This document shows positions 20,198 through 31,067 of a stretch of DNA of 64,000 nucleotides, in pieces. Position 1 is the stretch's first letter, and every line of letters begins with the position of its first letter. This DNA comes from a virus, in the IMG/VR virus record IMGVR_UViG_3300033146_003076, positions 14,864-78,863 of that record; one strand, 5' to 3'. The notes beneath the pieces are model-generated. The model was not told the DNA's origin and made no database searches. It saw only the letters and a program-made list of their open reading frames with translations. Both the position numbers and the translations under genes were made by a program.

Positions 20198-21049
20198 TTA
20201 TATTTTACTTATTCTTGTTTTAAACAATCTTGCTGTTAATTTACCAATAGCTTTTATTGCTGCTTGACTTTCTACTATTTCTCCTTTTGCTTCTCTTAAT
20301 ACATCTTCCATCATTGCTTTAATGACTTTTCCTGTATCTTCAATTTTATCAGTGTTATCTAACTTATCAAGAACATGTGTTAATCTCATTGGAGTGACCC
20401 ATTCTTCAGCAATTTCTTCTGCTTCTTTTAATATTTTAAGTTGTTCTGGGTCAACTTCTCGAGGAGTTTTAGTTTCCATGAATTCATTTCTTTTATGTTT
20501 TGTAATAACCCTATTACCTCTTTTATCAGTAAATTCTTCCAAAGGTTTAATCACAATCCCTTCTCTTATTTTATCAGTTCCACAACCCCTTTTCATAGCT
20601 ACAATTGATGGTGAATCTTTTTCTTTGTTTAATAATTCTAAACTTGTTGATATTTTTTTATATGGTACAAATTCAAGATTTAACTTATTTGCAACATCTT
20701 TAGCATTAGGAACATTTAACCAAGCAGTATCTATTTTAACTTCAAACACAATAAACATTGGTTCTTTACCATAGGTTCCACTCATGGCTTGTTGCTTTCC
20801 ACCGTATTGTTCTCCATAAATTGTAACATTTATATCTTCAAATTGTTCCATAAAACAGTTGTGTAATTCAGTGGTATTAAAAATACTCACAAATGTTTCA
20901 TATTTACATCCACCAGAATGAAAAAATATAGTGTTGTTTTTCCACTGGAGTCTTGCTGAAGTACCATGAACCTTTTCCATAGCATAACATTCTTTAAAAT
21001 TAAAAATTCTATCATCTTTGTACAAATTTTGGATATGGAGGTAACCCAT
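20198..21049 (-). CDS. RNA ligase (Rnl2-like nucleotidyltransferase)
   Basis: Motif I EKVHGTS, motif III YGEQYG, IIIa VFEV, IV REGIVIKP, V TKHK. Confidence 0.85.
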   Translation of the reverse strand: MGYLHIQNLYKDDRIFNFKECYAMEKVHGTSARLQWKNNTIFFHSGGCKYETFVSIFNTTELHNCFMEQFEDINVTIYGEQYGGKQQAMSGTYGKEPMFIVFEVKIDTAWLNVPNAKDVANKLNLEFVPYKKISTSLELLNKEKDSPSIVAMKRGCGTDKIREGIVIKPLEEFTDKRGNRVITKHKRNEFMETKTPREVDPEQLKILKEAEEIAEEWVTPMRLTHVLDKLDNTDKIEDTGKVIKAMMEDVLREAKGEIVESQAAIKAIGKLTARLFKTRISKI

Positions 21050-21115
21050 TTTATTTCACCTTTTTTTTGTATGAATTTACTTCTTTCCATAAATGTTCAC
21101 ATTTATTCATTTTTA

Positions 21116-21328
21116 TTAACCTCTTGTAATATTTTGTAAAGGACTGTGTATTATTTTCTCAATATGATTAACCGAGTTATTATAATGATGATAATAAGAA
21201 GTATTATAATGGTCAACCACTACAACCTCTTTACAATCAATTTCTGTTGTCTTAATATTCATAATGAATAAAGACTGAAAAATAATAAAAAGTGTTAAAC
21301 ATAAGATTATAATTTTATCAAAGTTCAT
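21116..21328 (-). CDS. Small membrane/secreted protein
   Basis: N-terminal TM helix. Confidence 0.5.
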   Translation of the reverse strand: MNFDKIIILCLTLFIIFQSLFIMNIKTTEIDCKEVVVVDHYNTSYYHHYNNSVNHIEKIIHSPLQNITRG

Positions 21329-22209
21329 TTTAACTCCTTGTTTATGAATTCATTAAAATATTCAATACCTATATGGAATCCTGCTGCATTTTTATGCCCA
21401 CCACCACCAAATTCTTTTGCAATAATACTAACATCCAATTCACCAATACTGTTTAATCCAAATATTACTTTATCTTTATTAAAACCATATTTTAAGGCAA
21501 TATCATAACCATTATTACAAATCATATTTCCTAATAATGATCCATCATATATATTACTATTATTAATAAATAATGTTTTTTTGTTTCTAAATGTTACGGG
21601 TAATCCAGTACTAATAATTTTTTCAATTCTTTCTTTTTTTAGTTCAAATAACATTTTACCTTTTTCAAGTAATGGTTCCATCTTATTTGTATCACTATTA
21701 GTTATTAATTCAATCCATCTTTCAATGGACCAGTTTTTGTTTAGTTCTGCAAACCAGTGTGTTTTTTCTCCTAGTTTATGTTGCCACCTATCATAATCAT
21801 CAACCAAGTTTATTTCTTTTGTGCTGGTCCTCGTTTTATACAAATATTCATATGTTAATAACGCTCCACACCGATCTAAATTTCTTATTCCTGGTTGGTT
21901 AATATCTTCCCACATTTCTTCTAATTTTTCTTTTGCTGATTTATGATGATCACACCATACTAAATAATAATTATTTTTTATTGTTTCCATTTCTTCTTTT
22001 TCTAATGAAAAATCAACAATAAAAACCATATCATAATGAGGCACTGTTTCATTTACTAATAAATGTTTTAATTTATCTTTATAATTAGTATATCCCACTT
22101 CTATTAATTCACAAGTATGGTTTTCTATATTCATATAATTCTTAACTATTGCTCCGGCTAATTTCCCATCAGAATCGTTATGATGTATACATAGTATCTT
22201 TTTATTCAT
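21325..22209 (-). CDS. DHH/DHHA1 phosphoesterase (NrnA-like)
   Basis: HHNDSDG, VDFS, CDHHKS, GGGGHKNAAGF. Confidence 0.92.
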   Translation of the reverse strand: MNKKILCIHHNDSDGKLAGAIVKNYMNIENHTCELIEVGYTNYKDKLKHLLVNETVPHYDMVFIVDFSLEKEEMETIKNNYYLVWCDHHKSAKEKLEEMWEDINQPGIRNLDRCGALLTYEYLYKTRTSTKEINLVDDYDRWQHKLGEKTHWFAELNKNWSIERWIELITNSDTNKMEPLLEKGKMLFELKKERIEKIISTGLPVTFRNKKTLFINNSNIYDGSLLGNMICNNGYDIALKYGFNKDKVIFGLNSIGELDVSIIAKEFGGGGHKNAAGFHIGIEYFNEFINKELK

Positions 22210-23696
22210 TTTTTCCCTCTTATTTCTTCAATGGTGTCGTAAACAGCTTTTTGCAATTTATTATTACACTCACAACAAACATCTCTGTATTGTTGTTTAT
22301 CCACACCTACAATAAATTCACTATAACCTGGTTGATTAAAATATATTTCTACAAATACCATGCCATCTCCCATTTTCTTCCCACATAAATCACATGTTAT
22401 TACTTTCATTTTCTGTCCAACGCAGCAGTACCTTTTCTGCTCAACAATCCATCTTGTTGTAATGTTTCCATTACCATCTGTAATGTTTCTTTATCAACAG
22501 ATTTCATAAATGATGCTTGACTGTGTTGTTTCATAATTGGATATCTTTGTCCTAATAATTCTAACGCTGCAGCACCTTTTAATTCTTCTGAAGTCTTAGA
22601 ATATGGGTCAATCCCTAAAGCATCTAACACATCACTTATTGCTCTTGCTTTGTCCACTAATGTATCTTTTTTAAACCATACCATTTTTATTTTACCTCTT
22701 GATTATTTAATTTATTCAGCTTGTAAGAAAACATACTAGCATATCTGTTCCATGTTTGATGTTTAACAGCCAAATATCCTAATCTTTCATAATTAGGTTG
22801 TTCATGTAACTGTTCGTGTGCGTGTTTCTTTGCATACTTCTGTTCAAAATCATAATATATTTGAGATATATCTAACTCTGGTGCTGCTGTTAATAATCTC
22901 TCAATCCCATCTACTCTTCCTTGTCTCATTCTAATTTTCCTCAATCCATTCTCTAAAAATATCTTCAATTGTCATTCTTGATTATTTCTAATATTTTTTT
23001 CTTTAAAATCACTCTATCATTTTTCCTTTGATTGATAACTGCTTTAAGTTCGTGATATTCTGTATATGCTAAAACCCTTGATGTAAGTTTTGATAAATTA
23101 AACATATCTAACATACTAATTTTTAAAGTTACCTTAGGGTTTTTAATATCAAATGCTGGTAAAACAGTATCAATAAATTTATCTACTGTAAAACTTTCAT
23201 TCTTTCTGATACGACCTTTAGACCGTTCACCTACTTGTACAAATTTTGTTGTATTAACCATTTTATTTTTCCTCCAATTCATTATCATCCATATAATTGT
23301 ATTTCCAGTCTCCTTTAGCTTCTGCTTGAACAGCTTGCCTAAAGAAATATGTCAAATTAATTCCTCTCTTATTTAATTTATCTTTCATAGATTTTTCTAA
23401 GTCCATTGAAATTTTTATTAAGTTTTTAAATATTTTTGTTACCATGTTTTTCTTTCTTCCATATATTTAACTAACATATCATCAACATCATCTTCTGGAT
23501 TTTCTTCTATGTATTCTTCCTTTTCTTCTCTTAATATTTCTTCTTTTTGTCTTAAAAGTGAATGTTCATAATGCATTGTTTCCAGCGTGTCTATTATGTC
23601 ATCTGCGTTATCTTCTGTTATGAAATATAGATCTGCCATTGTATTAACTAAACATTGGACTTGCTTTTTTAAGTGTTTTAAAATAATTTCTTCCAT
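22206..23696 (-). CDS. Cluster of six small hypothetical genes (Zn finger 22206-22409; RHH-like 23263-23445)
   Basis: Translationally coupled ORFs from the ORF track. Confidence 0.55.
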
Positions 23697-23715
23697 ACCA
23701 ACCCTATATATAGCC

Positions 23716-23737
23716 TATATATAAATGTTTCGTTTTT
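23716..23737 (-). promoter_or_regulatory. Archaeal BRE-TATA promoter (leaderless)
   Basis: Minus strand AAAAACGAAACATTTATATATAG about 25 nt upstream of ATG 23696. Confidence 0.7.
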
Positions 23738-23941
23738 AGAATTTGTTGATGTTAACACTAACTTTCAAAAATAAAAAGAAAAAAAAGAAAAAAAAGTTAG
23801 CCAGAATTGATTAATTTGGCCCAGACTATTTAAAGGTTTTGTTAATTATCATTAAATTCTATTTCCACATCTGACAAATCTGTTTCTTCTCTAACAAGTT
23901 CACCTTGTTTGTAATATAAATTTATACTTTTCATTTTTAAA

Positions 23942-25882
23942 TCACCTGTTAAATCTTTTATTATAAGCGTCACAATCATTATTGTATTCTATATGTCTAT
24001 GGGTACAATCATGTTTAGTTATTGCACAGTAGCCATAGTAACTCTTATTATCATAATGTGGTTCTCTAAGGTATCCACACATGTTCATATCTTTCTGTGC
24101 ATGTTTTAACATTTCTCCAACATCTACCTTATGTCCAGGGTATGATTCTTTAACTATATCATTAAGATGTTGATTATGTTTTCTATCCTTGTTTGCTTTT
24201 CTTCTATTCTTTGTCATCTCTTAACACCCATTCTAATAATGCCACAGCACGTTCTACTAACTCTGTGAAACTTTCTTCATAATCAATAGGATTTTTATTA
24301 TGTCTTTTTAATTCTTCTTGATACATCACTAATCTTTCAGTTATTTCAGTTTTAGTTTTCATCTTCTATTCTTTCTACATATATTATTTTATAAGTTTAG
24401 TTACAATTTCTTTTTTTTACATCTTTTATTAATTCTTTTATATCAAAATCTTTTTTTAAATTAATATAAATTTTATCTATTATTTTATCTTTTGTTTCTG
24501 GGTTAAAATTTATTCCCTCAAAAGAAGCATAAAAACCACCTGTATTAGATTTCATTCCAAAACTCCTTCTACATGAATCATCTGATAATTTTTCTATTTG
24601 TCTTTTAATACTATCTCTAAACAAATGGGGTGACTCTTCAACTACTCTATTAATCTTAATTTTTAATTCTTTTTCTAATATTTCCTGATACTTTTCTTGA
24701 AATATTTCTCTAATAGTAGATTTTATTTCATCATCCATTATAGAATTAATTAATTCTTTTCTTTCTGGTTTTGTTAATTTAATATTCATTTTCTACCTCT
24801 TCTAATACATCATAATATTTCTTTATACATTTCAAAGTTAATTCTTTATCAAATTCTACGAACTCTATATTTTTATTCATCTTTTATAGCACCCACATCT
24901 TCTCATTATTTCTTTAACAGTATCAATTTTATGCATACTAATCTCATCATAATCCTCACCCATACTTTCATAATCTTTACATAATGTAATTAATTCTTCG
25001 TTTAAAGATTTCACTGAAATAAACATATTATCCTTTTTAAAACCTTCATGATTTGCCAATTTATTTAGTTCAGATAGGTTATATAATTTCATTATTTATT
25101 CCTCTTCAAATTATAATACATCGCCGTTAAATGATGAGTTGATATATCATTGTCCCAGTTATCTGCATACTTCTTAGCATAGCCCATTTCTATCCATTTA
25201 TCCATGGCTTTATCATAACCTATATCATAACCTGCTTCTTCTGAAAACTCGTACTTAAACTTGTCTATAAGCTTAACTTGCATAGCTTGTCTATCACTTA
25301 ATGGATTATGTAACATAAGATATTTAAGGAAACAACTATCTTTAGTGCAACCATCTTCAGCACAGATTTCTTGTAAAAGTTTTCTATCTTTCATTCTATT
25401 TAATCTACAACATAATCTATTTCATCGACACAATCACAAGATTTTATATGTCTCAAAAGTCTTATTATCTCAATACTTTGCCCATTTTCATTTAAAGTTA
25501 TTTCAATCTTTGCAAAACTCATTTTCTCTTACCTCATCTTTCATTTTATCTTACTAATGTAAAGTACACCACATCTTGAACACATGGCTATAGTGTATTC
25601 AATATCTATTAATATAAATTTTGCATTTATTTTCTTAAATGTTTTATCTTCTCTATGATGAAAAAAATAACATATTATTTTATTTAACATTTTCTCTTAC
25701 TCCTCTTGACTATATTTATCAAATCTTTCTCTAGCTTTGTTAAGTTCTTTCGGTGTGAATAAGTATTCATTTATTCTTTCGCCTCTTGACCTATTAATAT
25801 AGATATATGTTTTTTTATCAAATATAACTGTTTTTATGTTTTTCATTTTATATAATGCCCTCCCCCCTACTTCATCTTTCAT
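23942..25882 (-). CDS. Cluster of small hypothetical genes (25092-25394 DUF4032-like)
   Basis: ORFs 23942-24217, 24397-24789, 24877-25092, 25092-25394 (KYEFSEEAGYDIGYDKAMDKW), 25697-25882. Confidence 0.5.
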
Positions 25883-25945
25883 TTTATATGACCTTCTTCC
25901 AGATGTTAGGAAAAAGGTTTTTCTTTCTCCGATTCAGTACCATTT

Positions 25946-26422
25946 TTAATTACCCTTCCTAATTCTTAATCTTATACAAACTTCTTCGTTGAATATTTTA
26001 TTCCAATTACCCACATAATAATAGTTTTGTAATATTCTAACTTCTGCCATTTTTAACCCAGTAACAGTATTATAAGATTGTAGTATTGTTTTTTTATAAT
26101 TTAAAGGATTTGTTTTTATTAGTTCTTGTACTATTTTTGAAGAACCAATATAATTCTCCCAATCAGAACTAACTTTTTTATGTATCTTTAATTTCCTTGT
26201 ACTAACAATCCTTTTTCCCTTTTTATCTTTAATATGTTTACCATCTTTCATTTTAAATTTTGGTGGTTTAGTTTTGTTTGTTTTCCAATATTTTTTTATA
26301 CCAAAATATTTCATACCGGAAGAAATTTCTTTTATTTCATATAAAAATCCTATATACTCATCAATATTTTCTGGAACATTTTTCCATACAATTCCTTTAT
26401 ATTGTGATTCTTTATTTGACAT
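25946..26422 (-). CDS. GIY-YIG-like endonuclease
   Basis: GFLYEI...KYFGIK...DWENYIGSS...E motif. Confidence 0.7.
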   Translation of the reverse strand: MSNKESQYKGIVWKNVPENIDEYIGFLYEIKEISSGMKYFGIKKYWKTNKTKPPKFKMKDGKHIKDKKGKRIVSTRKLKIHKKVSSDWENYIGSSKIVQELIKTNPLNYKKTILQSYNTVTGLKMAEVRILQNYYYVGNWNKIFNEEVCIRLRIRKGN

Positions 26423-26606
26423 TTTTTAATTTAACGAATAGTTTTATTATTTGTTTTTCTCTTGGTTTGAGATTTTTATTTTTTATTAGCATATCTAAAT
26501 CTTTTTGTAATTCTTTTGGATGTACTTGTTGAATATGTATTTTTGCATTCCTATGTAACCTTTTACAGTATGGACATTTACTCAATAGTTCTTCTTTTAT
26601 TTCCAT
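26412..26606 (-). CDS. C2H2 zinc-finger protein
   Basis: CPYC-x8-HIQQVH. Confidence 0.7.
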   Translation of the reverse strand: MEIKEELLSKCPYCKRLHRNAKIHIQQVHPKELQKDLDMLIKNKNLKPREKQIIKLFVKLKNVK

Positions 26607-26691
26607 TTTATTTAAATCTTTTGTTTCTAGTTAGTGTCAACTCCAAGTTCAAAAGGGCTTTGATTAGACTGTCCCCCTTGAAGATGAAATT

Positions 26692-27111
26692 TTACCAAAT
26701 ACCATTTCCAGTTTTATTGAATCTACTTTCTAAATGGTTCCATTTGTTGTTGTAAAAATATTCCAATGTGTCGTGCTTGTCTCCGTTTCCATCATATCCT
26801 CGGACTAACCTTGACCAAACTCCTTGTTTGTATAACATGTATTGTTTTAACATTGCTTTATCTGTACAATCTCCTTTGAGTTCTTCCCAAGTAATATCTA
26901 TTCCTCTTTGAAACCAATGAAATTCATACATAACAGACATTTCTACCCACGATGATATTTGGTATACTTTTGCTTCTGTGTTGTTTCCTAATTTGCTAAC
27001 AATATTATCTGAGAACATTTCTATTCTTGGATCATATCCTTCAACAAACAATGGCATTAATAATAAAAAAAAGAAAAAAAGAGTAAAGGATTTGTATCTC
27101 TTACTTTTCAT
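26692..27111 (-). CDS. Secreted transglutaminase-like protein
   Basis: Signal peptide; KGDCTDKAML...LVRG...HDTLE...W. Confidence 0.7.
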   Translation of the reverse strand: MKSKRYKSFTLFFFFLLLMPLFVEGYDPRIEMFSDNIVSKLGNNTEAKVYQISSWVEMSVMYEFHWFQRGIDITWEELKGDCTDKAMLKQYMLYKQGVWSRLVRGYDGNGDKHDTLEYFYNNKWNHLESRFNKTGNGIW

Positions 27112-27112
27112 C

Positions 27113-27562
27113 TTAATCTTTCCACGGATTAATTTCACCTATACTACTTGCTAATTCTGTAGATTTAACTCCTGCTTGATCAGTGTATTCGTAGTTATAA
27201 TCTTTTACCAATACTTCTGCTTCTGCTCCAATAAGATTATCTGTTTCGATTCCATTCTCAGAGAATTCCCAACCTAAGTTTTTGAATACTTTTGTTGAGT
27301 TTGAGTTTGGTGTTAATGCTGTGTTATAAGTTCCATCTTCATTCTTATATTTGTAATATGTTTCGAATGCTAATGTTAAATATTCACCGTTTTCTTCTTT
27401 GTATGCTTCGTCCAATATACTAAACAACAATACTAATTTATAACCAAATTTACTTTCTGTTTTCTTTGGTTTAATTTCGTTTAGTCTTGCTTTGTAGTAC
27501 CCTTTCTTTGTGTACGGTCTTTTCATTTTCACAGCCACTTTATCACTTACTTCTAATTTCAT
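27113..27562 (-). CDS. DUF669-like putative ssDNA-binding protein
   Basis: KGYYKARLNEI...LIGAEAEVLV pattern; next to helicase. Confidence 0.5.
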   Translation of the reverse strand: MKLEVSDKVAVKMKRPYTKKGYYKARLNEIKPKKTESKFGYKLVLLFSILDEAYKEENGEYLTLAFETYYKYKNEDGTYNTALTPNSNSTKVFKNLGWEFSENGIETDNLIGAEAEVLVKDYNYEYTDQAGVKSTELASSIGEINPWKD

Positions 27563-27638
27563 TTTCTATTTACCTCGTTTTATTTATTTTTTATTTATTA
27601 TTTATTTATTTTGGCAATAATGGTAATTTAACCCAATC

Positions 27639-27983
27639 TTATTTACCATAAACACTATTTTTTTCAACCAAATGTATTATTGAAACAGTTCCATGTGTTA
27701 TACCTTTCCTTTTAAATTCCGTAGTTAATAAACCTTCCTCTTTTATCCACTTAATATCTCTATCAAATGTTTTTCTACAATGTGAATATCCTTTTGTTCT
27801 TAATCTTCTGTATAACCTTTCTTTTGAAATACCTTCTTCTACATGTTTCATAATTAGGTTTCTTCTCAGATCTAAACTATGTGTTGACGCTGGTTGTACT
27901 TCTACTAAAATATTTTGTTTCTTTAATATTGGCATTATCTTTTTAAGTTCATCTGTTGAACATATTATTTTTATTTCTACCAT
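27639..27983 (-). CDS. Winged-helix protein
   Basis: RKTFDRDIKWIKEEGLL. Confidence 0.6.
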   Translation of the reverse strand: MVEIKIICSTDELKKIMPILKKQNILVEVQPASTHSLDLRRNLIMKHVEEGISKERLYRRLRTKGYSHCRKTFDRDIKWIKEEGLLTTEFKRKGITHGTVSIIHLVEKNSVYGK

Positions 27984-28091
27984 TTTTCTTTACCTCTTAT
28001 TTTTTTAATATTTTTATCGGACCAGATACGAAATCTAGAAATAGTACATTTGAGGTGAAATAAATCAAAATCACACCTGGTCTTTCGATAA

Positions 28092-30920
28092 TTATATAGT
28101 TTTGTAAAATCCTGGTCTTGGTCTTATTATATCTCCTCTATGGACTAAAATATTAATTATCCCATCAAAATCTATTTCTTTTTCTCCTGTTAAGTTACTC
28201 CATTTCTCTAATACTTCTTCATGTGGACTTATTCCAATTTCATTTTTACATGAGTCTATACATTCCCTTAATACATACATCTTATCTCTTTTCTTTTTAG
28301 GGACAATTTGTTCTATTGCATTAATATTTAATCTTCCATCGGCAATATCATTAGTCATTATACCTTGTGCTTTAAATGATTCAACAAATATTTCTATTGC
28401 TTCTTCTGCGTCTTGTACTTCTATAATTTTACTTAACCTTGATTTCGCACATGCTGTTGAAACTCTTATTATATTTGTAATTAATCTACTAGAAAAATAT
28501 GCTTGTTCATCACCTGGATTTGCTGGTTTTGTTAATTTTATATATTCATTAGTTATATGTTTTATTGCTTCATTACTCATAACTGGTTTAACATAATTTT
28601 TAACATAAGCTAAATATTTTAATATTTTCTCATTGTTATAATTAACATCAACCTCATCATCTTCATTATACTTATTGAATATTGTTTTGATTATTTTTCT
28701 TTGATGTTCTTCTGTTTCTATTGCATGCATTGGAAATACTAAATCAAACCTATCCATAAAGTCTTTAGGGAACCCAATTTGTTTCCATACTGCTTCATAC
28801 TTATCAAAGACTCTATTAACTGGGTTTGCTGTTGCTAAAACTGTTGTTTCTGTTCTTATTATACTATGAATATTTGCTTTGTCAAATGGTACTTCTAAGT
28901 CCATTAATGCATTATTAAGTTTAGCCATATCATCTTTTTCTAATTTATCACATTCATCAAGAACAACTAAACTTCCTGTTGATAATGCTAACACCCCTGC
29001 TTCTAATACCCAACATCCTAATTCTTCATCTTTTGTTATTGCCGCAACTAATCCAACTCCTGTTGTTGATGATCCACTAGATAATCTACTATTAGGCAGA
29101 TAATGTAATGAACATTTTGCTAATTTTGTTTTACCAGAATTATGCGTGATTACACCATTATCTAAAATAAAATTATGGGTGTCCGGCACAATTAAGTCCC
29201 ACATTTCTTTTTTTTCCTTGCTCTTGTATAATTGTGTAATTTTGCATGGCATGATTGACAAAGAATTGTTAAATTGTCCAGAACATTGTTTTTGTTGTTC
29301 CCATCTATGTGATGAATAACCAAGTCCATTTTTGTATTGTTTTTTCCACAAGTGTGACAAATCCAGTACAAATATTCTTTTGCTATTTTTACATACTTTT
29401 TTCTGTTTTTGCTTAAACCCACGCTTAACCCATTTTTGTAAGCCGGATTTTTTTCTCCTTCTTTTCCTTTGAATTTGTATAAATTTTGAGAAATTCCTAA
29501 ACTTACTTGTTCTTTGAAGGACCTCATAGGTATGCCCATCATTTTTAACCTTCTTATTATTACATGATGATCGTGCCCCACTATTTTTCCTATTTGTGTT
29601 GCAGATAATTGTTTTTCTTGATATAACCTTTTTATTAAGTTTAAATCCAAATTTACCCACATATTGTTTTTTTCTAATGTTTGATCTCGTTGCATATTTT
29701 TCATCATTTTTAACCACCCTTAATAATAAATCTGTTATTTTTAATTCATTTGTTTTTATTTCCATGATGATCTTATTTCTTATTACTATCCATATATGGT
29801 CTTTTGAACATTTTAATTCCTCTTTCTCTGTACAAATAATATATACATCTTTTTGGCCTGTGCATTTCGGGATGCACATACTTTCAACTTTTTCAAATTT
29901 ATCATTAATTGTTAAACAAGTTTTTGCTTCTGATATTTTTTTTAATCCATCTTTTGTTTGGATTAATTGGTCTTTTAACATACATCCTGGATTTCCACAT
30001 ATTAATACATGGATTAAACCTCTTTCTTCTAATTTATTATTGATGTATAAATGTTCTCCACCAATTAGCTGTAAGAATAATGCTTTTTTAATTATATCAT
30101 GTCCATAAATAGTTCCATAAATCTCTTGGATAATATTTTCTCTAAAGTTTGTTTGTGTTGACATTAACTTTATTTCTTCAATATCATCTTCAGATAATTT
30201 TACAGTTCCTATTCCTTCTTCAATCATTTCTATGTTATTTGCTTCAACATATTTAATTTGATCTACACTATTATCTTTTCTTGGTTTTTCTTTTAATATT
30301 CCTGTAACTTTAATTTTTTTACTTGGTTGAACATTTTTATCTATGTTCTCATGACATAATGAACCTTTCAATGATATTAACATTGTTCGTGGTTTTTGTG
30401 CAGGGTCAATCATATTAATATCTTCTTCGATAACTAACTTTTGTAAATCTTCTAAATCTCTTGTTGTTTCTTTGAATCTTGTTTTATTTCCACATTGACA
30501 TATTTGTGGTTTTGTTATTTTTTCAGAGAGTTGTACGAGAGGTATTGTATTTCCACATGAAGGACAATCATAGTGTATTACTTTTGGGAAATGTGTAACT
30601 TCTGTTGTCTTTCTTATATATCCTGTTATAGATACTAATTTTGAAACATCTTTTGCTCTTAGTTTCCAAATATCTTTATGTTCTGACTGTGGTATGTTTG
30701 TAAATCTGATAGAAGTATTTTTCTTTCCGGATATACCTTCGTATGCTATTTCACATACTTTAATTGCTTCTTCAAAATCATCTAAGATATAATCTCCTAG
30801 TTCTGGTGATACTTGGATAATTTTCCCAAAATCCACGTATAAAGAATTATTTATTATTACATTATCACTTTTATTAAAAAAGGTTTTTGCTGAATCGATT
30901 AGTTTTGCTATTTCACTCAT
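28092..30920 (-). CDS. mcm: MCM replicative helicase (about 660 aa after splicing) with intein
   Basis: N-terminal Zn finger/OB, Walker A GNPG|SGKT, LEAGVLAL, LDECDK, ATANP, DRFDL, SSR. Confidence 0.97.
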   Translation of the reverse strand: MSEIAKLIDSAKTFFNKSDNVIINNSLYVDFGKIIQVSPELGDYILDDFEEAIKVCEIAYEGISGKKNTSIRFTNIPQSEHKDIWKLRAKDVSKLVSITGYIRKTTEVTHFPKVIHYDCPSCGNTIPLVQLSEKITKPQICQCGNKTRFKETTRDLEDLQKLVIEEDINMIDPAQKPRTMLISLKGSLCHENIDKNVQPSKKIKVTGILKEKPRKDNSVDQIKYVEANNIEMIEEGIGTVKLSEDDIEEIKLMSTQTNFRENIIQEIYGTIYGHDIIKKALFLQLIGGEHLYINNKLEERGLIHVLICGNPGCMLKDQLIQTKDGLKKISEAKTCLTINDKFEKVESMCIPKCTGQKDVYIICTEKEELKCSKDHIWIVIRNKIIMEIKTNELKITDLLLRVVKNDEKYATRSNIRKKQYVGKFGFKLNKKVISRKTIICNTNRKNSGARSSCNNKKVKNDGHTYEVLQRTSKFRNFSKFIQIQRKRRRKKSGLQKWVKRGFKQKQKKVCKNSKRIFVLDLSHLWKKQYKNGLGYSSHRWEQQKQCSGQFNNSLSIMPCKITQLYKSKEKKEMWDLIVPDTHNFILDNGVITHNSGKTKLAKCSLHYLPNSRLSSGSSTTGVGLVAAITKDEELGCWVLEAGVLALSTGSLVVLDECDKLEKDDMAKLNNALMDLEVPFDKANIHSIIRTETTVLATANPVNRVFDKYEAVWKQIGFPKDFMDRFDLVFPMHAIETEEHQRKIIKTIFNKYNEDDEVDVNYNNEKILKYLAYVKNYVKPVMSNEAIKHITNEYIKLTKPANPGDEQAYFSSRLITNIIRVSTACAKSRLSKIIEVQDAEEAIEIFVESFKAQGIMTNDIADGRLNINAIEQIVPKKKRDKMYVLRECIDSCKNEIGISPHEEVLEKWSNLTGEKEIDFDGIINILVHRGDIIRPRPGFYKTI
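29139..29984 (-). mobile_element. Intein (282 aa) in MCM Walker A
   Basis: Starts CMLKDQ, block B CSKDHIW, block F/G MWDLIVPDTHNFILDNGVITHN followed by Ser. Confidence 0.95.
29192..29707 (-). CDS. HNH homing endonuclease nested out of frame in the intein
   Basis: N-terminal HTH, NUMOD-like NPAYKNG, CHTC...IHHIDGNNKNNVLDNLTILCQSCHAKLH; own SD-like GGGTGG plus ATG. Confidence 0.9.
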   Translation of the reverse strand: MMKNMQRDQTLEKNNMWVNLDLNLIKRLYQEKQLSATQIGKIVGHDHHVIIRRLKMMGIPMRSFKEQVSLGISQNLYKFKGKEGEKNPAYKNGLSVGLSKNRKKYVKIAKEYLYWICHTCGKNNTKMDLVIHHIDGNNKNNVLDNLTILCQSCHAKLHNYTRARKKKKCGT

Positions 30921-31067
30921 CTTTCTTCACCTTTTATCCTTTTTTGTTAATATTAGTAATCTGTTGATAACTTCATCATAACTTTCTCTGTTAGTTATTC
31001 TTCTCTCTTTTAATTCCTCTCTTGTTGTTTTTTCAATTTGTATCGTTGTCATTTTACACCTCTTCTT

